DNA from: Burkholderiales bacterium | GTDB taxonomy: Bacteria; Pseudomonadota; Gammaproteobacteria; Burkholderiales; Burkholderiaceae_C | Length of the DNA stretch: 64,000 bases | Assembly (NCBI GenBank): GCA_038205425.1 | Contig: JBBRBW010000004.1 | Coordinates: 18,681-82,680, forward strand | Direction: 5' to 3' | Shown here: piece by piece, positions 31,555 to 41,483 of the stretch | Layout: each line of letters begins with the position of its first letter | Position numbering within the stretch: the stretch's first letter is position 1 | Translations under genes and position numbers: made by a program | Notes under the pieces: model-generated | Seen by the model: only the letters and a program-made list of their open reading frames with translations | Databases searched by the model: none | Told to the model about the DNA's origin: nothing

Positions 31555-32832
31555 TCAGGCTGCGGGCAACAGCGCCAGCACGGCTTGCGCCATGCGTTCG
31601 GCCGCGCCGCGGTGCTGGGCGGCGAAGTCCTGCGCCCGCGCGGCCATGCGGGCGGTGGTCGCCGTGTCGCCGGCCAGCGCTGCGGCACGCGGCACGGCGG
31701 TGTCGACGTCGGCTACACGCTCGGCAGCGCCGGCGGCCAGCGCCAGTTCGGCGGCGAGCGCGAAGTTGAAGGTGTGCGGGCCCATCAGCAGCGGACAGCC
31801 GCAGGCCGCGGCCTCGATCAGGTTCTGTCCGCCCAGCGGCGCAAAACTGCCGCCCAGCAGCGCGACGTCGGCCGCTGCGTAGTACAGCGCCATCTCGCCC
31901 AGGCTGTCGCCCAGCCAGACGTCGGCAGCGGCGGCGTCGATCGGCGGCGGGCCACCCCAGCTACTGCGCCGCTGCAGCTTGAAGCCGGCGGCACTCACCA
32001 GCGCGGCGACCTCGTCGAAACGCTGCGGATGGCGTGGCACCAGCAGCAGCAACGGGCGTGGCGCCGGCAGCCGGCTCCAGGCGCGCAGCAGGGGCGCTTC
32101 CTCGCCTTCGCGGGTGCTGGCCGCCAGCACCACCGGCCGGCCCAGTTCACGGCGCCAGTCACGGCCGCGCAGCAGCAGTTGCTCGTCGGGCGCGAGGTCG
32201 AACTTCAGGTTGCCCATCACCGCCACGCCACGCGCGCCGGCTTCACGCAAACGTTGTGCGTCGGCCTCGGTCTGCGCCAGCACGCGTGTGAAGCGCGCCA
32301 GCGCCGGGTGCAGCAGCCAACGCAGCCATTGCCCCTTGGCCGCGCTGCGCGCCGACAGGCGGGCGTTGGCCAGCACCAGCGGCACGGCAGCGGCCTGGGC
32401 CGCGGCCAGCAGCACGGGCCAGACCTCGGTCTCCATCAGCGCGCCCGCGGCGGGCCGGTGCGTGCGCAGGAAGCGGTGCACGGCGCCGGGTGTGTCGTAG
32501 GGCAGCCAGGCCTGTGCGTCGCCTTCGCGCAGCAGCTTCGCCCCGGCTTCGCGGCCGGTGGCGGTGCCGTGCGTGAGCAGCAGGCTCAAGCCCGGACGCT
32601 GGGCGCGCAGCGCGGCGATCAGCGGCGCGGCGGCGTGGGTCTCGCCCAGCGACACGGCGTGCAACCAGAGGCGGCCGGGCGCCACGGGGCCGGCGTCGAA
32701 ACCCAGCCGTTCTCCCCAGAATTGCCGGTAGGCCGGCTCGCGCCGACCGCGCCACCACAGCCGGGCGAAATAGAGCGGCATGGCCGCGCGCAGCAGCAGC
32801 GTGTAGGCGCTGCGCGCGAGCGCTTCCTTCAC
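31555..32832 (-). CDS. waaA: 3-deoxy-D-manno-octulosonic acid (Kdo) transferase
   Basis: WLHAVSLGE, LPYD, METEVWP, GNLKFD, VPRHPQRF, GGQNLIE. Confidence 0.94.
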   Translation of the reverse strand: MKEALARSAYTLLLRAAMPLYFARLWWRGRREPAYRQFWGERLGFDAGPVAPGRLWLHAVSLGETHAAAPLIAALRAQRPGLSLLLTHGTATGREAGAKLLREGDAQAWLPYDTPGAVHRFLRTHRPAAGALMETEVWPVLLAAAQAAAVPLVLANARLSARSAAKGQWLRWLLHPALARFTRVLAQTEADAQRLREAGARGVAVMGNLKFDLAPDEQLLLRGRDWRRELGRPVVLAASTREGEEAPLLRAWSRLPAPRPLLLLVPRHPQRFDEVAALVSAAGFKLQRRSSWGGPPPIDAAAADVWLGDSLGEMALYYAAADVALLGGSFAPLGGQNLIEAAACGCPLLMGPHTFNFALAAELALAAGAAERVADVDTAVPRAAALAGDTATTARMAARAQDFAAQHRGAAERMAQAVLALLPAA

Positions 32833-32845
32833 CGCCGACGGGCGT

Positions 32846-34249
32846 TCAATGCGCCGACGCGGTCACCTGGGCGTCGGGCTTGACGCTGCGCAGCACGTCC
32901 ATGAAATGGGCCTCGATACGGTGCAGCGCCTCCGGCGTGTGGCCCTCGAAGCGCAGCACCAGCACCGGCGTGGTGTTGCTGGCGCGGATGAGGCCGAAGC
33001 CATCGTCGAAGTCGACGCGCAGGCCGTCGATGGTGCCGATCTCGCCACCCTCGAACTTCAACCGGCCGTCGGCGGCACGCGCCAGCAGTTCGGCCGTGAC
33101 GGCGTGGTGTTCACCTTCGGCGCAGGGCACGTTGAGTTCGGGCGTGCTGAAGCTGGTGGGCAGCGCGTCGAGCTCGGCGCTGGGGTTCTTGCTGCGCGAC
33201 AGGATCTCGAGCAGCCGCGCCGCGGTGTACATCGCGTCGTCGAAGCCGTACCAGCGTTCGCCGAAAAAGAGGTGGCCGCTCATCTCGCCGGCAAAGGGCG
33301 CGCCCACTTCCTTGAGCTTGGCCTTGATCAGCGAGTGTCCGGTCTTCCACATCAGCGGCTTGCCGCCGGCCTTCTTGATGGCCACCGGCAGGCGCTGGCT
33401 GCACTTGACGTCGAAGATGATCGTCGCGCCCTTGTTGCGCTTCAGGATGTCGCGCGCGAAGAACATCACCTGGCGGTCGGGGTAGATGATGTTGCCGTCC
33501 TTGGTGACGACGCCCAGGCGGTCGCCGTCGCCGTCGAAGGCCAGGCCGAGTTCGGCGTCGGTGGCCCGCACCACGGTCTTCAGCACCTCCAGGTTCTCGG
33601 GTTTGCTGGGGTCGGGGTGGTGGTTGGGGAAGTCGCCGTCGACCTTGCTGTACAGCTCGATGACCTCGCAACCCAGCGCGCGCAGGATGGCCGGTGCGCT
33701 GGCGCCCGGGATGCCGTTGCCGCTGTCGACGACGATCTTCATCGGCCGCGCGAGCTTGCAGTCGCCGACGATGCGTGCGCTGTACTCGGCCAGGATGTCG
33801 AGCTTGGCGCTGCGGCCGCGTTTGGTGGTGTAGGTCTCGGTCTCGATGCGTGCTTTTAGCTTCTGGATGTCGTCGCCGTAGATCGCGCGGCCCGACATCA
33901 CCATCTTGAAGCCGTTGTAGTCCTTCGGGTTGTGGCTGCCCGTGACCATGATGCCGCTGTTGCAGCCGTACTTGCCGCGCGTGGCGGCCACGTAGTACAG
34001 CATGGGTGTGGTCGCCATGCCGATGTCGACGACGTCCAGGCCGGTGCTCTTCAGGCCACGGATCAGCGCCGCCGCCAGGCCAGGGCCCGAGGCACGCCCG
34101 TCGCGGCCCACCGCCACGGCCTTCTCACCGGCGGCCAGCGCCTCGCTGCCGAAGGCGCGGCCGAGGTGTTCGGCGAATGTCGTGTCGACGTTCCTGCCGA
34201 CGACGCCACGGATGTCATAGGCCTTGAAGATGGTGGGATCGATCTGCAT
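32846..34249 (-). CDS. Phosphomannomutase/phosphoglucomutase (AlgC-like)
   Basis: FKAYDIRG, VTGSHNP, FDGDGDR, GEMSGH, RASNT. Confidence 0.95.
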   Translation of the reverse strand: MQIDPTIFKAYDIRGVVGRNVDTTFAEHLGRAFGSEALAAGEKAVAVGRDGRASGPGLAAALIRGLKSTGLDVVDIGMATTPMLYYVAATRGKYGCNSGIMVTGSHNPKDYNGFKMVMSGRAIYGDDIQKLKARIETETYTTKRGRSAKLDILAEYSARIVGDCKLARPMKIVVDSGNGIPGASAPAILRALGCEVIELYSKVDGDFPNHHPDPSKPENLEVLKTVVRATDAELGLAFDGDGDRLGVVTKDGNIIYPDRQVMFFARDILKRNKGATIIFDVKCSQRLPVAIKKAGGKPLMWKTGHSLIKAKLKEVGAPFAGEMSGHLFFGERWYGFDDAMYTAARLLEILSRSKNPSAELDALPTSFSTPELNVPCAEGEHHAVTAELLARAADGRLKFEGGEIGTIDGLRVDFDDGFGLIRASNTTPVLVLRFEGHTPEALHRIEAHFMDVLRSVKPDAQVTASAH

Positions 34250-34392
34250 GAAAGTGCCGGTGGTTTGAGCTGCGGCGATTGTAGGCAGCGGCCCGGCGGC
34301 GGGCGCTGCGCTGCCGTCGATCCGGCGCGCGGGCTTGCCGTCCGTCGCCGCAGCTGCACCGGTGCGGCCGCGTGCTGCCTACACTGGCCGCC

Positions 34393-35535
34393 ATGCAACT
34401 CGACGCCGCCACCTTCCGTGCCTCGTGGCAATCCTGGGCCGGCGGCAGCCTGCAGCGCGTCGGGCCCTACTGGATGCAGTGGCTGTGGACGCTGCTGTTC
34501 TGCCTGGCGCTGGCGGTGCCGTTCACGGTGGTCGGCTTCTTCGCCATCGCGCGCGAGTCCGAGAGCGCCTGGCGCAACTGGTCGGGCTGGCTCTACTGGT
34601 ACGGCCGCAACCTCATCGTCTGCCTGACCATCGGCGTACTCATCCACGCCGCCTTCGACCTGCTGGGCAGGCTGTTCGGCGGCCAGGCCACGGTGCGGCG
34701 CTGGCGGCCGTGGCAGCGCACGCTGTTCTTCTCGGGCGTTCCGCTCCTGTGCGTCGTGGTGGGCTGGCCGCTGGGCCTGACGCTGGCCGGCGCCGACATC
34801 CGCAAGTGGGTGCTCGCCGGCTGGGGCCCCAACGTCATCGCAGGTTCGCTGCTCGTTTCGCTGCTGCTGACCTTCTTCTTCAACCACTACTTCGCCACGC
34901 GTTCGCGCCAGATCGAAGCCGAGAAGCGTGCCACCGAGGCCCAGCTGCGCCTGCTGCAGGGCCAGATCGAACCGCACTTCCTGTTCAATACGCTGGCCGG
35001 CGTGCTGTCGCTCATCGACCACGACCCGCCCAAGGCCAAGCAGATGCTGCACGACTTCACCGAAGTGCTGCGCAGTTCACTCACCGCGCTGCGCAGCGAC
35101 ACCAGCCCGCTGGCGCAGGAACTCGAGCTGGCCGAAAGCTACCTGCGCCTGCTGGGCGCACGCATGGAAGACCGGCTGCGCTGGCAGATCGACGCCGACG
35201 CCGCCGCACGCGCCGTGCCGGTGCCGCCGCTGCTGTTGCAGCCCCTGATCGAGAACGCCATCCACCACGGCCTGGAGCCGCAGCTGCAGGGCGGCACCGT
35301 GCACGTCAGCGCGCGGCTGCAGGGCCGCGAGCTGGTGCTGGAAGTGCACGACGACGGCCGCGGCCCCGACGCACCGCCGCGCCCCGGCGCCCGCAAGGAC
35401 CACGGCATGGCGCTGGCCAACATCCGCGGCCGGCTGCATTCGCGTTACGGTCATGCCGCCAGCCTGGAGGTGCGCGCTGCCCACCCCGGCACGCGCGCCG
35501 TCATCCGCCTGCCCATCGACCCCCCCGCCGACTGA
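34393..35535 (+). CDS. LytS/AlgZ-type membrane sensor histidine kinase
   Basis: Four TM segments, LQGQIEPHFLFNTL, LQPLIENAIHHG, DDGRG. Confidence 0.9.
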   Translation: MQLDAATFRASWQSWAGGSLQRVGPYWMQWLWTLLFCLALAVPFTVVGFFAIARESESAWRNWSGWLYWYGRNLIVCLTIGVLIHAAFDLLGRLFGGQATVRRWRPWQRTLFFSGVPLLCVVVGWPLGLTLAGADIRKWVLAGWGPNVIAGSLLVSLLLTFFFNHYFATRSRQIEAEKRATEAQLRLLQGQIEPHFLFNTLAGVLSLIDHDPPKAKQMLHDFTEVLRSSLTALRSDTSPLAQELELAESYLRLLGARMEDRLRWQIDADAAARAVPVPPLLLQPLIENAIHHGLEPQLQGGTVHVSARLQGRELVLEVHDDGRGPDAPPRPGARKDHGMALANIRGRLHSRYGHAASLEVRAAHPGTRAVIRLPIDPPAD

Positions 35536-35575
35536 CGCCGCGCACCACCTCCACACCCTCACAGGAGCATCCGCC

Positions 35576-36157
35576 ATGCCCATCCCCCTGCACCGCATCC
35601 TGGCCGCGCTGGCCTTCGCCGCCGCCGCCATCGGCCCCGCTGCCGCCCAGGCTCCCGACACCCCCGCGCTGCTGGCCGCGCAGCGCCAGGCCATGCAGCC
35701 GCTGGCGGCGCTCGACGGCGTGTGGCGCGGCACGGCGCGCGTGACGCTGCCCGACGGCACGACCCGCGACCTGGTGCAGACCGAGCGTGTCGGCTCGATG
35801 CTCGGCGGCAGCATCAAGGTGATCGAGGGACGCGGCCACGGCGCCGGCGGCAGCCTCGACTTCAACGCCTTTGCGGTGATCTCCTACACGCCGTCCACGG
35901 GCAAGTACGGCTTCAGCTCGTGGGCGCAGGGCATGAAGGGCGACTTCAGCTTCGAGACACGCCCCAACGGTTTTGTGTGGACGATGAACTTCGGCAGCAC
36001 CACCGTGCGCCACACGGCGGTCGTCCAGAAAGGTATCTGGACCGAGGTGGGCGAACGCCTGGTCGAAGGCCAGCCGCCGGTGCGAACCGTGGAGATGAAG
36101 CTGCGCCGCATCGGCAGGACCGACTGGCCCGCGGCCGGCGCAGTGGCGGCGCGCTGA
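35576..36157 (+). CDS. Secreted beta-rich protein (DUF1579-like)
   Basis: AGGAG SD, signal peptide, LDGVWRG, QTERVG, IEGRG, WTEVGE. Confidence 0.65.
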   Translation: MPIPLHRILAALAFAAAAIGPAAAQAPDTPALLAAQRQAMQPLAALDGVWRGTARVTLPDGTTRDLVQTERVGSMLGGSIKVIEGRGHGAGGSLDFNAFAVISYTPSTGKYGFSSWAQGMKGDFSFETRPNGFVWTMNFGSTTVRHTAVVQKGIWTEVGERLVEGQPPVRTVEMKLRRIGRTDWPAAGAVAAR

Positions 36158-36169
36158 GGGGCAAGGACG

Positions 36170-36955
36170 ATGACGACCGCGCTGATCGCCGACGACGAAC
36201 CGCACCTGGCGCGTGCGCTGCACGAGCACCTGGCGCGTCTGTGGCCGGGGCTGCAGGTGCTGCACGTGGCGCGCAACGGCGTCGAGGCCGCCGAGCGCAT
36301 CGCCGCGCTGCAGCCCGACCTGGCCTTTCTCGACATCCAGATGCCGGGCCTGACCGGGCTGGAGGTGGCGCAGGGCATCGAGGGCCGCACACGTGTGGTC
36401 TTCGTCACCGCCTACGACGAATACGCCGTGCAGGCGTTCGAAAGCGAGGCGCTGGACTACGTGCTCAAGCCCGTCAGCGATGCGCGGCTGCAACGCACCG
36501 TGGAACGCGTGCGCCGCGCGTTGGCTCAGCCAGCCGCCGAGGCCGACGAGGCCGACACGCGCCTGCTGGCCGCGCTGCAGCGCCTGCTGCCGGGCCCGGC
36601 CCCGGCGGCCACGCCCGGCGCGGTGCCGGCGCGGCTGCGCTGGGTGCGCGCCAGCAGCGGCGAGCTGACCCACCAGGTGGCGGTGGACGAGGTGCTGTTC
36701 TTCCGCGCCGACGACAAGTACACCTGCGTGCACACGGCCAGCACCGAGCACCTCATCCGCACGCCCATTGCGGAGCTGGCCGCGGCGCTCGACCCCGAGC
36801 AGTTCGTGCAGGTGCACCGCAGCACCATCGTCAACCTGGCCTTCCTGGCCGGCACGCGACGCGACGAGACGAGCCGCCTCTTCCTGCGCCTGCGCGGCCA
36901 TGGGCATGAACTGCCGGTGAGCCGCGCCTACGTGCACCTGTTCAAGGCGATGTAG
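36170..36955 (+). CDS. LytTR-family response regulator
   Basis: IADDE, FLDIQMPG, VTAYD, DYVLKP, QVHRSTIVN, VSRAY. Confidence 0.93.
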   Translation: MTTALIADDEPHLARALHEHLARLWPGLQVLHVARNGVEAAERIAALQPDLAFLDIQMPGLTGLEVAQGIEGRTRVVFVTAYDEYAVQAFESEALDYVLKPVSDARLQRTVERVRRALAQPAAEADEADTRLLAALQRLLPGPAPAATPGAVPARLRWVRASSGELTHQVAVDEVLFFRADDKYTCVHTASTEHLIRTPIAELAAALDPEQFVQVHRSTIVNLAFLAGTRRDETSRLFLRLRGHGHELPVSRAYVHLFKAM

Positions 36956-36965
36956 CGCGCGCGGC

Positions 36966-37251
36966 GCGGGCGCTGGTTGTCACGGTGGCGCGGACGGCGC
37001 GGCGCCGAAGACGCCCTTCACCGTGCGCGAGACCTGCGTGCCCATCGTCGGCAGCGACATGATGTTCCCGGTGCGGCGCATCGACTGCATCGGGCGCAAC
37101 TACCGCGCGCACTCGATCGAGATGGGTTCCAACCCCGACCGCGAGCCGCCCTTCTTCTTCCAGAAGCCCCACCGACGCGATTCAGAACTGCGCACCCGGC
37201 AGCGTGGTCGAGAGAGCGCTGGAGCATGTCTACGCCTACGCGCTGGGCCTG
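36966..37251 (+). pseudogene. FAH-family hydrolase remnant
   Basis: FPVRRIDCIGRNYRAH..REPPFFFQKP, +1 frameshift in the C run at 37167-37170, TDAIQN, then a jump to ALEHVYAYALGL; no start codon or C-terminus. Confidence 0.75.
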
Positions 37252-37309
37252 CCACAAACGACGAGGCCCGCTCGCCGAGCCGGCCTCTTTCATGGCCGCG
37301 CCGCGGCGT

Positions 37310-37774
37310 TCAGAACTCGACCATGTCGCCCGGGTTGATGGCCATCACCTTGATCGGGCTGCCGCCCATGGCCTTGATGTAGTCGGCCGGCGTGCCCGGC
37401 AGGCCTGGGTTGGTCAGGTAGTGCATCGGGATCACGGCCTTGGGCTTGATGAAGTCCTTGGTGACCATCGCCGCGTGCTGCGGGTTCATCACGAACTGGC
37501 CGCCGCCGATGGGCATCAGCACCAGGTCGGGCTTGTACATCTCGGCGATGAGCTTCATGTCGCCGAAGACGTCGGTGTCGCCCATGTGCCAGAGCTTGAA
37601 GCCGTTCTCGAACTCGACGGTGGTGATCTTGAAGGCCGCCTGGCCCAGCCACTGCACCTTCACCGTGCCGGCGACGGCGGGAGGGGCCAAGGCTGCCGGC
37701 GGCGCCGGGGGCATCAGCGCACAACCCGAGGCCACCAGCGCGGCGGCGGCATGCAGCATGAGCGTCTTGAACAT
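37310..37774 (-). pseudogene. UPF0173/MBL-fold metal-dependent hydrolase with in-frame internal deletion
   Basis: N-terminal WLGQAAFKITT joined directly to VEFENGFKLWHMGDT..PIGG..IPMHY; HxHxDH metal motif region absent. Confidence 0.7.
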
Positions 37775-37800
37775 CGGAGAGCTCCTTCGCAATCGGGTTG

Positions 37801-38727
37801 TCAGTGGGCCAAACAGTCGGTGTAGACGGGTTCCGGCTGCGTGAAGTACGCGTGCAGAATCTGATAGACCATCTTGTAGTTCTTCTGCTGGAAGCTGGCG
37901 TGGCTAATGCCGTTGAGCACGGTGAACTGTTTGTCCGGGTGCGGCAGCAGCTTGAAAAAGCTCAAGAGGTCGTCGAAGCCGGCGATGCCGTCGAACTGGC
38001 CGCGCAGCACCACGGTGGGCACCGGGATCTTCAGCGGGTCGACCACCGGCAGCTTGCTGCACATGTCGATGTAGGTGCCGTTGGGCATGCTGTCGTCGAG
38101 CGCCAGGATGGCGTCGGCGAAGGCTTCCACGGTGCTGGCGTCGGCGCAGTCGGGGTGGTCGCGCGAGAAGATGCTGCGCACGAAGTTGCGGTCGATCGGG
38201 CGCCGCTTGTGGGCGATGAACTCGGGCAGCTTCTTGCGCCGCTGCTCCAGCGTGGGCGCGCCCTCGCCGGTCCACACGAAGGCGTCGAGCGCCAGGCGCT
38301 TGACCCGCTCGGGGTGGTTCTGCGCAAACAGCGCAGCGCGCAGCGCGCCACTGCTGATGCCGTAGGTCAGGAAGCTCTGGATGCCGCGCGTGGCCTCGAT
38401 GTAGTCGGTGGCGGCGGCCAGGTCGGCGGCGCCGTTGGCGATGTCGCAGTAGATGTCACGCGACTTGCCGCTGCGGCCGTAGCCTTCCATGTCGACACAC
38501 CAGCAGACGAAGCCGCGTTCGGCGAACCAGTCCATCACGCTGCTGTCGGGGCGGCCCGGCACGGCGAGGTCGAAGGTCGGCTGGCTGGCCATCGAACTGC
38601 CGTGCACCCACAGCACGGCGGGTTTGCCTTCGGGGCTGCCGACGAACTTCTCCCAGAGGAAAAGCTTGACGTCGCCGTCGGCGGTTTTTTTGGTGGTCCA
38701 GTGCTCCTGGCCGGTGACTTGGGTCAT
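37801..38727 (-). CDS. Alpha/beta-fold hydrolase
   Basis: VHGSS, DMEGYGRS, nucleophile elbow GISSG, D (GQFDG), H (ISHAS). Confidence 0.85.
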   Translation of the reverse strand: MTQVTGQEHWTTKKTADGDVKLFLWEKFVGSPEGKPAVLWVHGSSMASQPTFDLAVPGRPDSSVMDWFAERGFVCWCVDMEGYGRSGKSRDIYCDIANGAADLAAATDYIEATRGIQSFLTYGISSGALRAALFAQNHPERVKRLALDAFVWTGEGAPTLEQRRKKLPEFIAHKRRPIDRNFVRSIFSRDHPDCADASTVEAFADAILALDDSMPNGTYIDMCSKLPVVDPLKIPVPTVVLRGQFDGIAGFDDLLSFFKLLPHPDKQFTVLNGISHASFQQKNYKMVYQILHAYFTQPEPVYTDCLAH

Positions 38728-38764
38728 GGAAATATCCTGAAAACGACGAAATGCAGTTGGGCGG

Positions 38765-39724
38765 TCAATCTATCTTTGCGCCGACTTCCTTGACGATGCG
38801 CGCCCAGCGGTCGCGCTCCTCGCGGAAGTAGATATCCATCTGCGCGGGCGTCGAGCCGACCATCTCGATGCCGGCCTCGTTCATGAAGCCGGTGACCTCG
38901 GGCGTGGCCAGCACGGCCTTCAGTTCACGCTGCAGCAGCGCGACGATGGCCGGCGGTGTGCCCTTGGGCGCGAGCAGGCCCATCCAGACATAGGCCGAGT
39001 AGTCCTTCAGCCCGCTCTCGGCCAGCGTCGGCACGTCGGGCAGCTGCGGCGAGCGCGCCACGCCGGTGGTGGCCAGCGGCTTCAGCTTGCCGGCCTTGAT
39101 GTGCTTGACCATGGCCTGCGTGCCGGGGATGGCCATCTGCACCGTGCCGCCGAGCAGGTCGGTGGTGGCCTGGCCGCTGCCCTTGTAGGGCACGTGCACG
39201 GGCTTGATATTGGCCATCGACGCAAACATCGCCATGAACAGGTGCTGGCCGCTGCCGTTGCCCGACGACGAATAGTTCACCTCGCCCGGGCGCTGCTTCA
39301 CGTAGGCGATGAGCTCGGCCACGTTGTTCACCGGCACCGAGGGGTGCACGACCAGCACGCCCGGCTCGCGACCGAGCAGGCTGATGCCGACGAAGTCGTC
39401 GATGGGGTTGAAGCTGAGCTTGCTGTAGAGCGACGCGCTGATGGCGTTGCTCTGCGAGGCCAGCAGCAGCGTGTAGCCGTCGGCCGGCGCCTTGGCCACC
39501 GACTCGCTGCCGATGGTGGCACCGGCACCGGGCTTGTTCTCGACGATGACCTGCTGCTTGAGGCGCTTGCCGAGCTGCTCGGCGATGGCACGCATCGGCC
39601 CGTCGACGGCGCCGCCGGGCGAGAAGGGCACGATCACCTTGATCGGCTTGTTCGGGTAGTCGGCCTGCGCCAGCGCGCCGGTGGCGATCAGCGCCGTGGC
39701 CAGGAGGGTCAACAAATTCTTCAT
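38765..39724 (-). CDS. Bug/TctC substrate-binding protein
   Basis: Signal peptide, VPFSPGGAVD, ENKPGAG, HVPYKG. Confidence 0.92.
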   Translation of the reverse strand: MKNLLTLLATALIATGALAQADYPNKPIKVIVPFSPGGAVDGPMRAIAEQLGKRLKQQVIVENKPGAGATIGSESVAKAPADGYTLLLASQSNAISASLYSKLSFNPIDDFVGISLLGREPGVLVVHPSVPVNNVAELIAYVKQRPGEVNYSSSGNGSGQHLFMAMFASMANIKPVHVPYKGSGQATTDLLGGTVQMAIPGTQAMVKHIKAGKLKPLATTGVARSPQLPDVPTLAESGLKDYSAYVWMGLLAPKGTPPAIVALLQRELKAVLATPEVTGFMNEAGIEMVGSTPAQMDIYFREERDRWARIVKEVGAKID

Positions 39725-39738
39725 GGTCAGCTTGCCTT

Positions 39739-40716
39739 TCAGGCGTCGAGGTCGATCTTGCGTTCACGTGCGATGGCGGTCCAGCGCGCGATGTCGCGGG
39801 CGATGAACTTGCCGAAGGCGTCGGGTGACATCGGTGTCGGGTCCAGCGCTTCGGCGGCGAGCTTGTCGCGCATGTCGGGCGCGGCGAGCACCGCGTTCAG
39901 CGTGTCGTTCAGCGTCTTCAGCACCGGCGCCGGAATGCCCGCCGGGCCGACGACGCCGTACCACTGCACGGCGTCGAAACCCTTGAAGCCGGCCTCGATC
40001 ATCGTCGGCACGTTGGGCAGCAGCGGGTGGCGCGTGGTGCCGGTGACACCCAGGGCGCGCACGCGCCCCGAGCGCAGGTGCGGCAGTGCCGCCGCCAGGC
40101 CCGGGAACATGGCCTGCGTCTGCCCGCCGAGCAGATCGGTGAAGGCCGGCGCAATGCCGCGGTAGGGCAGGTGCACCATGAAGCTGCCGGCGGCCTGCTT
40201 GAAGATCTCCATCGACAGGTGGGTCAGCGAACCCTGCCCGGCCGAGCCGTAGCTGACCTTGGCCGGGTTGGCCTTCAGGTAGGCGACGAACTCCTTCAGC
40301 GTGTTCGCCGGCACCGCCGCGTTGACCACCAGCACGTTGGGCGTGCTGCCGATCATGCCGACGGGCGTGAAGTCCTTGATCGCGTCGTAGGGCAGCCTGC
40401 TGCGCGTGGCCGGGCTGGTGCCGTGGGTCGCGACATAACCCTGCAACAGCGTGTAGCCGTCGGCCGGTGCCTTGACCGTCGCCTGGCAGGCGATGACACC
40501 GCCGCCGCCGCCGATGTTCTCGACGATGAAACTCTGGCCCAGCGCCTTGCCCCAGCGTTCGGTGAGGGTGCGGCCGACGAGGTCGCTGCCGCCACCGGCC
40601 GCCACCGGCACGATGTAGCGGATGTTCTTGGCCGGGAAGGCCTGCGCGCGCGCCGCGCCAGCGCCCAGCAGGGCCAGCGCCGCGGGCGCGGCGACGATGA
40701 GTTGGCGTCTTTGCAT
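39739..40716 (-). CDS. Bug/TctC substrate-binding protein
   Basis: RRQL leader, VPVAAGGGSD, DGYTLL, HLPYRG. Confidence 0.9.
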   Translation of the reverse strand: MQRRQLIVAAPAALALLGAGAARAQAFPAKNIRYIVPVAAGGGSDLVGRTLTERWGKALGQSFIVENIGGGGGVIACQATVKAPADGYTLLQGYVATHGTSPATRSRLPYDAIKDFTPVGMIGSTPNVLVVNAAVPANTLKEFVAYLKANPAKVSYGSAGQGSLTHLSMEIFKQAAGSFMVHLPYRGIAPAFTDLLGGQTQAMFPGLAAALPHLRSGRVRALGVTGTTRHPLLPNVPTMIEAGFKGFDAVQWYGVVGPAGIPAPVLKTLNDTLNAVLAAPDMRDKLAAEALDPTPMSPDAFGKFIARDIARWTAIARERKIDLDA

Positions 40717-40738
40717 GGTGATGTCTCTCGGTGTCTGT

Positions 40739-41437
40739 CTAGAACTCGAAGCCGCCGTCGGCGCGCAGCGTGCGGGTGTCGGCGCCGACGAGCAGTGCGA
40801 TGAAGGCCGCCGCCAGCGCCGGCTCGGCGGCCTGCAGCGCGGCTGCCGCGGTGTAGGTGGTGGCCAGCTCGAACTGCGTCGGCAGCAGGCCCACCAGTTC
40901 GACACCGGGCGTGTACTTGATCTCGGTGACCTGGGTGCAGCCGATGGGCGACGCTCCGGAGCATGCCGCCAGCTCGCGCATCGCGATGGCGCCGGCCGGG
41001 TAGGTGCGAAATCGCGGCTCCAGCGTGTCGCGAATGCCGAGCCCGGCCATCACCTTGGCGAAGTGGATGCCGGCCGTGGAACGCACCGCGTCGGGAAAGT
41101 AGATGTCGCTGCTGCCCAGCAGCGCGACCCTCAGCGCCTCGGGCGTGGCCACGTCGGGGTGCGGCGCGCCGGCGCGAACGGCTACGCCGGTGCGCACGCG
41201 GCCGAGCGCGGTACGCGTGTCGGCGCGCAGCCGGCCTTCGGCGCACAGGCCGTCGATCATGGCCTCGGTGACGATCATCACGTCGCAGGCCTCGCCGGCG
41301 AGCAGCGCTTCCTTCATCGCGCCGACGGCGCCGAAGCGGGCCTGGAGGGTGGCGCCGGTCTCGGCCTGGAAGCGCGCTTGCAGGGCCTTCACGAGACCCT
41401 GGGCGGCGCCGGCGCACAGCAGGTGCAGGGTAGTCAT
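40739..41437 (-). CDS. ModA-like (PBP2-fold) protein lacking a signal peptide
   Basis: LLCAGA, FGAVG, LGRVRTGVAV, STAGIH, TQVTEI, VGLLP..TTY. Confidence 0.75.
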   Translation of the reverse strand: MTTLHLLCAGAAQGLVKALQARFQAETGATLQARFGAVGAMKEALLAGEACDVMIVTEAMIDGLCAEGRLRADTRTALGRVRTGVAVRAGAPHPDVATPEALRVALLGSSDIYFPDAVRSTAGIHFAKVMAGLGIRDTLEPRFRTYPAGAIAMRELAACSGASPIGCTQVTEIKYTPGVELVGLLPTQFELATTYTAAAALQAAEPALAAAFIALLVGADTRTLRADGGFEF

Positions 41438-41483
41438 CGGGAGCGGCGCGGGAAGGTGAGCGGCTTCGAGGTGCGGCGGGCGC

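Noticed and set aside
40739-41437. Molybdate ABC transporter (modA)
   Set aside because: No signal peptide and no modB/modC, so the gene symbol is withheld.
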